Under the pieces are notes generated by a model, which searched no databases, had not been told where the DNA came from, and saw only the letters and a list, made by a program, of their open reading frames with translations. From contig OZ245015.1 of NCBI GenBank assembly GCA_965223705.1, forward strand, positions 960,001 through 1,024,000: a DNA stretch of 64,000 nucleotides, given 5' to 3'. Source of the DNA: Myxococcota bacterium. Its GTDB lineage: Bacteria; Myxococcota_A; UBA9160; UBA6930. The translations under genes were made by a program, and so were the position numbers. Position 1 is the first letter of the stretch, and every line of letters begins with the position of its first letter. Shown in pieces: positions 8,615 through 18,009 of this stretch.

Positions 8615-8988
8615 GCGACAACGAACCGAAAACGGTCGACCCCTTCCGCGCCTGGCGGGAATGGTTCCAGGAGAACGAGCAACGCTGGAGTCAATCGATG
8701 ACCGATGTCATGGGTGACGAGCGTTTCGCCAAAGGGCTCGGGAAATATTTCCAGGAGGCTCTGCACGTCCACCGGATGTTCACCGATTCGATGGCACAGT
8801 ATCTGGGCAACATGAACCTGCCGTCGCGATCGGACATCCTCGACATCGGCGATCGCGTGGGGCGGCTCGAAGATTCGATCGCGGCATTGCAGGCCGAAGT
8901 CCGGAACTTGCGCGCGGCTTCGAACCCCACGACGGCGACCGTACGCCCCAAACGAACCAAACGCCCGCCGGCACCCGACGAGTCTTAG
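8611..8988 (+). CDS. PhaE/PhaR-like second subunit of PHA synthase
   Basis: DPF..WREW N-terminus, NLPSRSDI...RLE coiled-coil C-terminus; coupled to phaQ. Confidence 0.65.
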   Translation: MSDNEPKTVDPFRAWREWFQENEQRWSQSMTDVMGDERFAKGLGKYFQEALHVHRMFTDSMAQYLGNMNLPSRSDILDIGDRVGRLEDSIAALQAEVRNLRAASNPTTATVRPKRTKRPPAPDES

Positions 8989-8995
8989 GGTCGAC

Positions 8996-9877
8996 GTGGC
9001 GCGCGTTCAGGCAAACGGCATCGAGATCGAATACGAGCACTTCGGCGACGGGGAAGAGACGCTCGTTCTCATTATGGGGCTCGGAGCCCAGATGATTCTC
9101 TGGGACGACGCGTTCTGCGAGGGGCTTGCGGACCGGGGCCTGCGCGTGGTCCGGTTCGACAACCGCGACGTCGGTCTGTCCTCCCACTTTCCCGAACTCG
9201 GCGTACCCAATGTCGTCCAGATGTTTTCCGACCTGGCCGAAGGCAAACCGCTTGTGTCGCCCTATAGCCTCGATGACATGGCCGACGACGTACTGGGGCT
9301 GCTCACCGCACTGGAAATCCCGAAGGCGCATCTGTGCGGTGCCTCCATGGGAGGGATGATCGCCCAGACCTGTGCCTACAAGCATCCCGAGCGGTTGAAG
9401 AGCCTCACGTCGATCATGTCCAGCACGGGGGATCCGAAGCTTCCGCAAGGCAAACCCGAGGCGATGAGCCTCTTGTTTCAAACGCCCCCGTCCGATCGCG
9501 ATGGCTACATCGACTACGCGACCAACGTCTGGAAAGCGATCGCAGGCCCCGGTTTCGAGTTCGAGGAAGATCGCGTCCGGAAACGGTCGGAGCGCCACTA
9601 CGACCGAAGCTTCGATCCGGGCGGGGTGGGGCGCCAGCTGGCGGCGGCCGTCGCCCACGGCGACCGAACGCCTCGACTCGCGGACGTGCAAGCTCCGACC
9701 CTCGTCATCCACGGTGACGCCGATCCACTGGTTCCGCTCGAGTGCGGAACCGCGACCCACGCGGCCATTCCCTCCGCGGAGTTACTGGTCATCGAGGGGA
9801 TGGGGCACGACCTCCCGCGAGGTGCCTGGCCTCGCCTCATCGACGCGATCGTGACGCACGTCGAGCGGGCCGCTTAG
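8996..9877 (+). CDS. alpha/beta fold hydrolase (esterase)
   Basis: IMGLG, FDNRDVGLS, GASMGG, HGDADPLV, GMGHD. Confidence 0.9.
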   Translation: MARVQANGIEIEYEHFGDGEETLVLIMGLGAQMILWDDAFCEGLADRGLRVVRFDNRDVGLSSHFPELGVPNVVQMFSDLAEGKPLVSPYSLDDMADDVLGLLTALEIPKAHLCGASMGGMIAQTCAYKHPERLKSLTSIMSSTGDPKLPQGKPEAMSLLFQTPPSDRDGYIDYATNVWKAIAGPGFEFEEDRVRKRSERHYDRSFDPGGVGRQLAAAVAHGDRTPRLADVQAPTLVIHGDADPLVPLECGTATHAAIPSAELLVIEGMGHDLPRGAWPRLIDAIVTHVERAA

Positions 9878-9904
9878 CGGCCTCGAACACTCTCGGACAA
9901 GGGA

Positions 9905-10633
9905 TCAAGAGCTGGTCGCGAGCACGCCCGCCAGCGCCCGGTAGACGTCGCGGTTGTAGACGAGTCCGCTGTGACTCCCGCTCACTTCGATGTGTCGAGC
10001 GCCCGGGATCAAACTTGCGCGCGGAGGCACGATCCCATCCTCGCGGCTGAAAATAGAGACCACCTGAGTTGTCGGGTGCAAGGGCCGGCGCAGGTCGCGC
10101 ATGAAGGCGCAATCGCAGGCGGGAAAGTCACACGCCGGGTCGAGCACCTTTCGGGCGAACTGACCCGCTTCGGCGACCGGGTGACTGCGTCGAGCGCTGG
10201 CCACATGAGGCGCGCCTCGGTGGAGCAGGGCGCCGAGCGGTGAGCCCAACAGCAGCAGATGAGACGCGCGCCCCTGGAGCCGAGCGGCCAGGGCCTTCGC
10301 GAGGATCCCTCCGCGGCTGTGGCCCACCAGGGCGACGGGACCGTCAGAACGCTGCAGAGCCGCCCACGGCCGCCGACTGACACGATCCAGGCAGCCCGCA
10401 TTGAAGGTCATCGCCGACGTGATGGGTCGGTAGCCGACACGCCGCAACCAACTGCGGAGCGGCCGCAGATAGAAATCGCCGCCGAAGAGCCCTGGGAGCA
10501 CACAAACCGAGCGTCCGTCGCCCGGCGGCACGCCCCGCCCTTGGAGGATTGGGTCCGCCAGGAGCTCCGCCCACTCGGTCATCGCTCGCCACTCGCCCAC
10601 CCGATACTGTTCCTCCGGCACGATGCATACCAC
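9905..10633 (-). CDS. alpha/beta hydrolase, divergent paralog 3
   Basis: LPGL, GHSRGG, LGSP, DG, SHSGL; start uncertain (ATG at 10582 possible). Confidence 0.8.
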   Translation of the reverse strand: MVCIVPEEQYRVGEWRAMTEWAELLADPILQGRGVPPGDGRSVCVLPGLFGGDFYLRPLRSWLRRVGYRPITSAMTFNAGCLDRVSRRPWAALQRSDGPVALVGHSRGGILAKALAARLQGRASHLLLLGSPLGALLHRGAPHVASARRSHPVAEAGQFARKVLDPACDFPACDCAFMRDLRRPLHPTTQVVSIFSREDGIVPPRASLIPGARHIEVSGSHSGLVYNRDVYRALAGVLATSS

Positions 10634-10659
10634 GGGCCGAGCGAGGAAGGCAGGACAGG

Positions 10660-10893
10660 ATGAAAGTACGCATCAATGTAGAGCTCACCCCGGAGGAGGC
10701 TCGGGCCTTCTTCGGCTTACCCGACGTGGCTTCCTTTCAAAAGGAACTCCTTGAGAGGATCCGAGATCAAATGCTCGCAGGCGCAGAAGGATTCGATCCG
10801 GTTTCGTTGATGAAGCCATTCTTCGACACAAACCTGCAGGCCATGGAAATGATGCGGGCGGCCTTTTCGGGCGAGACCGAGCGGGACTCGTAA
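10660..10893 (+). CDS. DUF6489-like small protein
   Basis: MKVRINVELTPEEARAFFGLPDV signature. Confidence 0.7.
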   Translation: MKVRINVELTPEEARAFFGLPDVASFQKELLERIRDQMLAGAEGFDPVSLMKPFFDTNLQAMEMMRAAFSGETERDS

Positions 10894-10917
10894 CGCGCAC
10901 GCTACAGGAGGTCGCCC

Positions 10918-11388
10918 ATGTCCGCTGAATCGTTTCTGTCTTCAGTCGTTGAGATCGGAATCGGGCTGGCGGGATTCGCGGGCATCATCGCCGCCGTGCG
11001 GCAGCGCGACCCGGCCTCATGGGACCCCCATCACCGAGTTCTCTTGCAGATGCTGTTCACCGCGTCGGCAGCCGCCATTGTGTTCTCACTAGCGCCTTCA
11101 GTTCTCCTAGAGAGCGGAATCGACGAGCAAACGATGTGGCGCGTCGGGAGCATTTCGCTCACGGTGTGGTTCGTCGTAGCACCCGCCTACCGTCTGTATC
11201 AAACTCGGCATCCCGGCGTCAGCTTCTCGATTGCACGATCCGTCATGGTTCTCGTAGTGCCCCTCATCGGGCTGCAGGTAGCGAACTACGTCCTCTGTGA
11301 GGCGTGGCCGTACATGTTGGGCGTCGGGGGAATCCTCGTTAACGGATTCGCAACGTTCTTGGACCTTCTCTTCAGATCTTCGGAGTGA
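10918..11388 (+). CDS. hypothetical membrane protein
   Basis: About 5 hydrophobic segments, RBS AGGAGG. Confidence 0.65.
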   Translation: MSAESFLSSVVEIGIGLAGFAGIIAAVRQRDPASWDPHHRVLLQMLFTASAAAIVFSLAPSVLLESGIDEQTMWRVGSISLTVWFVVAPAYRLYQTRHPGVSFSIARSVMVLVVPLIGLQVANYVLCEAWPYMLGVGGILVNGFATFLDLLFRSSE

Positions 11389-11429
11389 TCGAAAAGAACG
11401 GAGTCGCCGTGCACGTCTCGGCTGTCGCG
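11374..11429 (+). repeat. diverged copy of the cupin gene 3' end (25495..25550)
   Basis: 46/56 identical, ungapped. Confidence 0.75.
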
Positions 11430-11448
11430 ACGAGCGGGCCCGACGGGT

Positions 11449-13512
11449 TCAGAAGACGTAGCGAACCCAGCCTCGGAAGTTCCGCGGGTTGCCCGGTGTG
11501 AAGTGGAAGTCGCCAATGCCCGCGCCGCCCCCGGCCGGCGCACAGGCCGCCACGACGCCAACCTCGCTCGGCGCGCATGACTCGAAGAAAAACTCCGAGC
11601 TGCGCCACTTCCTGTCCGTCAAGTTCTCGAGCGCGAATCCGACTTCGAACGGGCCGTGGCGGTACCGCGCGCCGAGATCGAACACCGTGTAGCTCGAGAG
11701 CTTGGGATTGCCGAAGTCCTCGCTCGCGTAGCGATCGCCGAGAGAACGCACCCCGAGCTCGGCGAAGAACCCCCCCTTGCGCACGCCCAGGGCCCCCTTG
11801 GCGATGAAGCGCGGCGCTTGAGGCACGGGGTCGTCGCCCGACGTAAAGCGCGCCGACGTGTAGGCCAGGTCGCCGCGCAGGTAGAGCCAGTCCGTGAGAA
11901 CGACGTGAGTCGCGAACTCGACCCCCAGCCGACGAGACCGGCCACCCGACTCGGTCGTACCCTCGTCGCCCACGAAGACGAGCTCGTCTTCGATTTCGAG
12001 CCAGAAGGTGCTGAGCGAGAACGTCACCCAGTCGAACAAGCGTGTGCGCACGCCGATCTCGGCGCCGGGTGCCCGCGCCAGAATGCGCTCGTCATCGACA
12101 CCCGAGCGAGCATCGTTCGAGTGGAAACCGATTCCGAAGTTCAGAAAGAGTTCGAGATCGCGCAGGGCGGCGAGCTCGCTCGCGAGCGGCGCATCCTCGG
12201 CAAAGGGAGACAGGATCAGGTTGGCCTTCGGCAACCAGATGCGATCGACACCGCTCCCATCCAGCGCGCCGGGGATCCGGCTGTCGACATCGAAGGAAAA
12301 GCTCTCGAAGCGCACGCCGCCCAGGAAGCGAACCCAGCCGAGGGGAAAGAGCTCGATCTCGACATAGGGACCGAGCGACAGCTCCTCGACGTCGTCGTCG
12401 TTGGTGAGTCCGGCGACCTGGCGCCGGGTCTGATTCCCGAGACGCACGCGCGCGTCGTCGTAGCGCCACTCGAACCCGGCGCGCACGCCGCCGAACCACG
12501 GGAGCTCGGGGAACTGGAGGTATTCGACGCGGCCCCCCGTGTAGATCCGGTCGTCACGCTGGATGATCCCATCGCCAGTCGCGGGATCGCCGAGCGCGTA
12601 GGTGAAGTTCGAGTAGAGGTCGAGGTCGTAGTGGGCGACGTAGGCGTTGACGAGGACGCGGCTGCTCTCGGAGGGCTCCCAGTCGAGCTGCAGCTTGCCC
12701 TGGATGCGCGAGGTGTCGCCGCCTTCCGTGGGATCGAGCGAACCGAAGCGGTTGAGTCGGCCCGAGTCGACGAGCCGCTCCGGGATGAGGCCCGACGCGT
12801 CCCAATCGGCCGTGTATCCGAGGACGTGACCGGAGAGCTTCAGCGTGGGGGAGAGCCGCACGTCCCCGCGCCCGAACAGCGAGAGACGTCGAAGGTTTTC
12901 GTCGCTCCGGAACGGACCGTCCGTGCCGTAGGCCTCGAACGAGAGCACACCGCTCGCGTCGGGGTCCGAACCTCCGAAGGCGCCGAAGCGCGGCGAGACG
13001 ACTCCGACCGCGCGGTAGGTGTTCCACTCGCCGATTTCGAACTGGACGAGCGACTCGTCGCGCCGCTGGAACGGCACATACTCGATCGTCCCCGCGGTTG
13101 CGAAGTCTCCGAAGCGCGCCGAGTAGGGCCCCTTTGCGACGTCGAGCTTCTCGATGGTCTCCTTGGTCACGAAGTGGAGGTCGAGGTAGCCCTGACCGTG
13201 GGCGTGGCTGCGTAGGTTGATGGGCACGCCGTCGAAGTAGACGGCGAGATCTGTGCCGTGATCGGCATCGAAGCCGCGCAGGAAGTACTGCTCGGCCTTG
13301 CCGCCCCCGGTGTGCTGCGCGGTGAGCGCGCCCGGCACGGCCTCGATCATCTGGCCCCCGCTCTCGAGGGGCCGGAGCTCGAAATCCTCTGCGGGGACCG
13401 CCATGGTGGAGCTCGCTGTAACGGGCCGTGGTTCCTGCGCAGCCGAGCTCCCGGCAACGGCGGCGAACCCGGTTGCAAGAAGGCGGATGAGAATGGACTT
13501 CCGAGGGCGCAT
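11449..13512 (-). CDS. TonB-dependent receptor
   Basis: Signal peptide, plug (QYFLRGFDADHGTD, KGPYSARFGDFA), ENLTD, C-terminal RYVF. Confidence 0.9.
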   Translation of the reverse strand: MRPRKSILIRLLATGFAAVAGSSAAQEPRPVTASSTMAVPAEDFELRPLESGGQMIEAVPGALTAQHTGGGKAEQYFLRGFDADHGTDLAVYFDGVPINLRSHAHGQGYLDLHFVTKETIEKLDVAKGPYSARFGDFATAGTIEYVPFQRRDESLVQFEIGEWNTYRAVGVVSPRFGAFGGSDPDASGVLSFEAYGTDGPFRSDENLRRLSLFGRGDVRLSPTLKLSGHVLGYTADWDASGLIPERLVDSGRLNRFGSLDPTEGGDTSRIQGKLQLDWEPSESSRVLVNAYVAHYDLDLYSNFTYALGDPATGDGIIQRDDRIYTGGRVEYLQFPELPWFGGVRAGFEWRYDDARVRLGNQTRRQVAGLTNDDDVEELSLGPYVEIELFPLGWVRFLGGVRFESFSFDVDSRIPGALDGSGVDRIWLPKANLILSPFAEDAPLASELAALRDLELFLNFGIGFHSNDARSGVDDERILARAPGAEIGVRTRLFDWVTFSLSTFWLEIEDELVFVGDEGTTESGGRSRRLGVEFATHVVLTDWLYLRGDLAYTSARFTSGDDPVPQAPRFIAKGALGVRKGGFFAELGVRSLGDRYASEDFGNPKLSSYTVFDLGARYRHGPFEVGFALENLTDRKWRSSEFFFESCAPSEVGVVAACAPAGGGAGIGDFHFTPGNPRNFRGWVRYVF

Positions 13513-13576
13513 GGCAGGTGGGCACGTTAGGAACGCCCGCCAAGACCGACTATGGATCGGACTTCGTTGTCAGCGC

Positions 13577-14572
13577 CTATCCGAGCCGGAGGAGCCGCAG
13601 CAGCCAGTGCTCTGTCAGGTGGTGCAGCGGATCGGCTGCGAGTCCGAGGAACACGGGCACGCTTGAGGCTGTCGCCCACGCGACCCATGGCGACGACGGC
13701 TCGCGGCGCGGGTCGTCGAGCAGGCTCCGGACCCGCGCGGCGACGTGCGCTCCGCCGAAGGCGGGCAGGACATGGGGCGTGGCGGGCGACGCCGACCCCG
13801 CGAGTCGCTCGACGGCGAGGAGCGCCTCGGCGACACCGAGGCGCGACCCGGCGCGCTTCGCCGCGAGCTCGTCGCAGGTCTGCTCCGTGGCGAGCACCAG
13901 CTCCACCAGGATGCGGCGCCTCGTACTCGGCCACAGCGGCAGGGAGAGAAGCTCGGCCGCGGCGCGACGCAACGGATCGCGTCGCGCGAGATGTGCGCGC
14001 TCGTGCTCGAGCACGACATCGAGCTGTTGCCGGCTCAGTGCCCCTGACAGCGCGGAGGAAACCCAGATCTCGCGGCGCCGGAAACCCGCAGCGAAGGAGA
14101 ACGGGGTCATCGACGGCGCGATCGAGAAACTTCCGCTCGGGCCTTCGCCCGTCGACGCGCGCAGGGCGGACAAGAAACGGCGCGTGCGGAGAAGGGCTGT
14201 CCCGCCTCTCACGAAGACGAAGGCGAGGGCGGCCATTCCCAACCCGAGGGCCACGAGGAGCGGTGCGTGCAGCGCGCCAGTCCAGTGAACGAGACAGAGG
14301 TGAGGGTGCCCACCATGAGCCAGACAATGGTCCCCGTGCCAGCCCAGCAGTGCGGCCAGCCCTGGCGAGATGCACAGCAGCACCAGCAGCGTGGGCAGCG
14401 CGGACGGCGCGACCGCCGCGGCTAGAGCGATCCCCGCCCGCCGCTTCGGATGGAGTTTCGTGAGGCGCACGGATGCGGCGCGCCAACCGAGCATCACGGC
14501 AAGGGAGCTCAGCGTCGCGAACAGGAGCCACGCTGCCACGATGAGGCCGAGTGTGGCCAGCGCACTCGTCAC
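13577..14572 (-). CDS. M56/BlaR1-like membrane zinc metallopeptidase
   Basis: TM helices, HERAH, E..CD; GTG overlaps the BlaI stop. Confidence 0.85.
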   Translation of the reverse strand: MTSALATLGLIVAAWLLFATLSSLAVMLGWRAASVRLTKLHPKRRAGIALAAAVAPSALPTLLVLLCISPGLAALLGWHGDHCLAHGGHPHLCLVHWTGALHAPLLVALGLGMAALAFVFVRGGTALLRTRRFLSALRASTGEGPSGSFSIAPSMTPFSFAAGFRRREIWVSSALSGALSRQQLDVVLEHERAHLARRDPLRRAAAELLSLPLWPSTRRRILVELVLATEQTCDELAAKRAGSRLGVAEALLAVERLAGSASPATPHVLPAFGGAHVAARVRSLLDDPRREPSSPWVAWATASSVPVFLGLAADPLHHLTEHWLLRLLRLG

Positions 14573-14967
14573 GACGTCTCCTCGGTTCGCTGGCGGCGCT
14601 CCCGAACGAGCGCCTCGAGTTCGTCGAGCGTCGCGGTTCCGGTCCGCTCGGCGAAATCGACGAACGTCGAGACGAGGAGCGGGGGATCGACGCCGGAGAG
14701 CCGGTTCACGAGCTCTTCGATCGCATCGCCCAGCCATTCGGAGCGGGAACCGCATGCTCGGTATTCGTAGGCGCGGCCGACCTTCCGTCGCTCAGCAAGC
14801 TTCTTGCGAACGAGACGCTCGAGCGTCGATTGGACGGTGTTGCGCGCGAGCCCGCGCGGCTCGCCCACAGCAATGTGCATCGCCGAAACGTCGGACGGCC
14901 CCGTGTCCCAGAGTTCCTCCAAGACGGCGATCTCCAACCGACCGAGCACGGTCGGGCGCTTCTTCAT
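14569..14967 (-). CDS. BlaI/MecI/CopY family transcriptional regulator
   Basis: LGRLEIAVLEELW, NTVQSTLERL, KVGRAYEY. Confidence 0.9.
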   Translation of the reverse strand: MKKRPTVLGRLEIAVLEELWDTGPSDVSAMHIAVGEPRGLARNTVQSTLERLVRKKLAERRKVGRAYEYRACGSRSEWLGDAIEELVNRLSGVDPPLLVSTFVDFAERTGTATLDELEALVRERRQRTEETS

Positions 14968-15123
14968 CGAGCCTCCCCCGCAACGCCGAGTGGGAAGAAG
15001 CTAACACGACGCGTATTGAGATTCCTTTTCGAAGGCGAAGCGTATTCGCCCAATCCGTTGGACCCACTCCGAGCGTAACTAGGTCGTCGGACTCTTCCTC
15101 CAGCGGAGCCTTGCAGCTGACCC

Positions 15124-18009
15124 ATGGACGGCTCTTTGCGCTTCTGTCGGTTCTTCGTCGCGTGGCGTCATGCGTTCGCCCTCGCGATCGCCATAGCGAC
15201 CCTCGCGCTCGGCTCGCAGATCCGCCACCTCGAAGTCTTCTCGCAGTTCTCCGACCTGCTACCCCGGGACCACCCCTACATCCAGACGTACGAGGCTTAC
15301 CGAGGCGCTTACGGCACTGCCAATGTCGTGGTCGCAGCGGTGGTGCCCAAGCGGGGTGACATCTACCAGACGCCCGTTTTCGAGGCGATCGACTTTCTGA
15401 CGCTCGGAATGGATTCCTCCGTCGTCCCTCCGGAAATCAACGCTCGTCCGTCCGGAGATTTTGCGACGTCGTCCAAGCCTGCCGGTCGCATCGCGCAGGC
15501 GTTTGCGTCGGGGATCGCGCGCTACGTCGAGGACGGGCCCAAAGAGACGGCGCTCACGGGGGTCGATCACAACCTGACGTCGAGCGTCACCCACCGGACG
15601 ACGCGAGCGCCGCGGGTCTTGCTGGACGGGACCCTCGTTGCCCCTCAACTCGTCAACGAGATTCCGGCCGACGAGGACGGTTGGCGAGAGCTTCGGAAGA
15701 GGGTGAGACGAAACCCCTCGGTCTTCGGGGTGCTCGTTTCGGCGGATGAACGCGCTGCTCTCATCAGAGCGAGTTTCATCGACTCGCGGATCGACTACGC
15801 AGCGCTGTTCAAGCACCTGCGATCCCTCGAAGCCGCCGCCGAGGAACGCTTCCCCGTCGAGGTGCATCTGGTCGGACAGCCCGTGCTCTTCGGTTGGATC
15901 TATGCACTCAGCTCGGAGACGCTGTTGATCTCCGCGGTGACGGTCGTCTCCTGTGCGCTCCTCCTTTGGCTGTATTTCCGACGCAGCTACGCGGTCCTGC
16001 TTCCGCTCACCGGAGCGACGGTATCCGTCGTCTGGGGGCTCGGATTCGCCGGGTGGCGCGGGATCCATCTCGACCCTCTCGTCCTCGTGGTGCCGATGCT
16101 CATCACCGCGCGCGCGATCAGCCACTCCGTGCAGTTCGTCGAGCGCTTCTTCGAAGAGTACGAACGACTCGGCGACAAGGAGGAAGCTTGCGTGAAGTCC
16201 ATGGCCGAGCTGCTCCTGCCAGGGACGCTCGCCATCCTTACGGACAGCCTCGGGCTTCTCACCCTCGGCTTGGCCATGATCCCGCTGATCCACAAACTCG
16301 GGCTGCTCTGCGCGTTCTGGTCGTTGTCGATCCTACCGACGGAGATGCTTCTCAACCGGTTGATGATCCTCTATCTGCCGCCGCCCAGGCACCGAAAGCG
16401 GGAAACGCCACGGGTAGCGGGACGAATCCTCAAACGCTGCGCTGCGATCGTGAGTACGCGAGCGGGCGCCGTCGCCTGCGTCGCAGGGTTCGGCTGCGTC
16501 ACACTCGGTAGCATTCCGTTCGCGGCCGACGTCGCCGTCGGAGAAGAGCGTCCGGGGACTCCGATTCTCTACGGAGACTCCGAGTTCAATGTCGCCTCAG
16601 CCGAAATCGGCGCGCGGTTCTTCGGTCTGGATGAGCTCCTTCTGGTCGTACATTCGGACACCGTCAGGAGGCTCTACGCGCCGGATGCCTTGAAGTTCGT
16701 CGATTCCATCCAACGCGTCCTGGAGACGGATCCCGCCGCCGGAGGCAGCATCTCGATGCTCGACGTGTTCAAGGAGGCGAACCGCCGGTTCCACAACAAC
16801 GATCCGCGGTGGTCCATCAACCTGCAGACAACGGCGGAAATCACGGGCTTCCTCTACCTCATCGAGAACTCTGTTCCCGCACAGGGTGTCCTCAACCGGT
16901 TCCGCGATTACGACGGACAGTCGCTCGCCATTCGGGTCTTCTACAGCGACCACCGTTCGTCGACGGTGAGTCGGATGGATCAGCTCATGCAGCGTTTCGC
17001 GGAGCGGGAGACCATCGAAGGGGGTCTCTCGGTGAAGATGCGTGTCCCCGAACGCCCGATCCTCTCTCGGTGGCTCGGCCGGCTCTTGCCGCCACCGAAG
17101 CCCGTACTCGAAGTGGATGTCGTCGACGCCGACGGAAAGGGCCGGCGCCGTTTGCCCGTTGAAACCGGTCCCGGCCTGCCGCGTGGCGCGATCAGCTACT
17201 GGGACGAGCGCGGCCTCGAGCGAACGCCCCGATCGGCAAAGGGCGGTCTCTTCGGTCATCGCTCCGTCGAGGACAAGCTCGGGCGCGCAGCAGAGATTCG
17301 ACCGACCGGGCCCTTCGGGAGTTACCAGTTGTGGGTCCGGCGTCACAGCGATGCCGGGTGGGAGATGCGGCCGAACGCCGTCTGGCTGCCCGAAGGGGTT
17401 GAGCTTCGCCTCGCGGCCGGAACGATGGGCGTTCTCGCCGCCGCAAACGAGGAGGTCGCGGAAAGTCATCGCGTCGCACTGATCGCTGTCGTCGTCGTGA
17501 CGTTTGTCGTCATCGCCGCAAGCTACCAGTCGCTGGTGGTCGGCGGCCTTCTCATGCTCTCCCTCGCTACGGCGGCGTTGGTCGCGATGGCCGTCCAGGG
17601 AATCGCGGGAATCGGCTTGAACGTCAACACACTGCCTCTCCAAGCGATCGGAATCGGCATCGGCGTCGACTACTCCATCTACATCGTCGATCGGGTTCGC
17701 CGCGAGGTAGGACGAGGCTTGGGACGCGGCGCGGCGATCCGAAAAGCTGTGGAAACCACCGGGTCGGCGATTGGCTTCACAGCCACGACGCTTCTGGTCG
17801 GGATCGCGTTTTGGATCCCGATCTCCAGCCTGCGGTTCTCCGCCGACATGAGCCTTCTGCTTTCCGTACTGATGGCCCTCAACGCGTTGGCTTCGGTGCT
17901 CTTGCTGCCCGCCCTGCTGCGTTTGATGCCCGAACGCTGGGCTTCTGGGCGCCGCGCTTCTACGGACTCGCCCGCTTCCAGTCCGGCTGATAGCGTCTCG
18001 CCAAGTTGA
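15124..18009 (+). CDS. MMPL/RND family transporter
   Basis: Two TM bundles, ARAISHSVQF, GIGVDYSIY, TTGSAI. Confidence 0.85.
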   Translation: MDGSLRFCRFFVAWRHAFALAIAIATLALGSQIRHLEVFSQFSDLLPRDHPYIQTYEAYRGAYGTANVVVAAVVPKRGDIYQTPVFEAIDFLTLGMDSSVVPPEINARPSGDFATSSKPAGRIAQAFASGIARYVEDGPKETALTGVDHNLTSSVTHRTTRAPRVLLDGTLVAPQLVNEIPADEDGWRELRKRVRRNPSVFGVLVSADERAALIRASFIDSRIDYAALFKHLRSLEAAAEERFPVEVHLVGQPVLFGWIYALSSETLLISAVTVVSCALLLWLYFRRSYAVLLPLTGATVSVVWGLGFAGWRGIHLDPLVLVVPMLITARAISHSVQFVERFFEEYERLGDKEEACVKSMAELLLPGTLAILTDSLGLLTLGLAMIPLIHKLGLLCAFWSLSILPTEMLLNRLMILYLPPPRHRKRETPRVAGRILKRCAAIVSTRAGAVACVAGFGCVTLGSIPFAADVAVGEERPGTPILYGDSEFNVASAEIGARFFGLDELLLVVHSDTVRRLYAPDALKFVDSIQRVLETDPAAGGSISMLDVFKEANRRFHNNDPRWSINLQTTAEITGFLYLIENSVPAQGVLNRFRDYDGQSLAIRVFYSDHRSSTVSRMDQLMQRFAERETIEGGLSVKMRVPERPILSRWLGRLLPPPKPVLEVDVVDADGKGRRRLPVETGPGLPRGAISYWDERGLERTPRSAKGGLFGHRSVEDKLGRAAEIRPTGPFGSYQLWVRRHSDAGWEMRPNAVWLPEGVELRLAAGTMGVLAAANEEVAESHRVALIAVVVVTFVVIAASYQSLVVGGLLMLSLATAALVAMAVQGIAGIGLNVNTLPLQAIGIGIGVDYSIYIVDRVRREVGRGLGRGAAIRKAVETTGSAIGFTATTLLVGIAFWIPISSLRFSADMSLLLSVLMALNALASVLLLPALLRLMPERWASGRRASTDSPASSPADSVSPS

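Noticed and set aside
11656..13215. Long antisense or alternate-frame ORFs (also 4793..6385, 35102..36451, 56613..57953, 59756..61573)
   Set aside because: Shadow ORFs expected at high GC; they overlap well-supported genes and lack motifs
13577..14967. Beta-lactam resistance regulon
   Set aside because: No sensor penicillin-binding domain and no beta-lactamase
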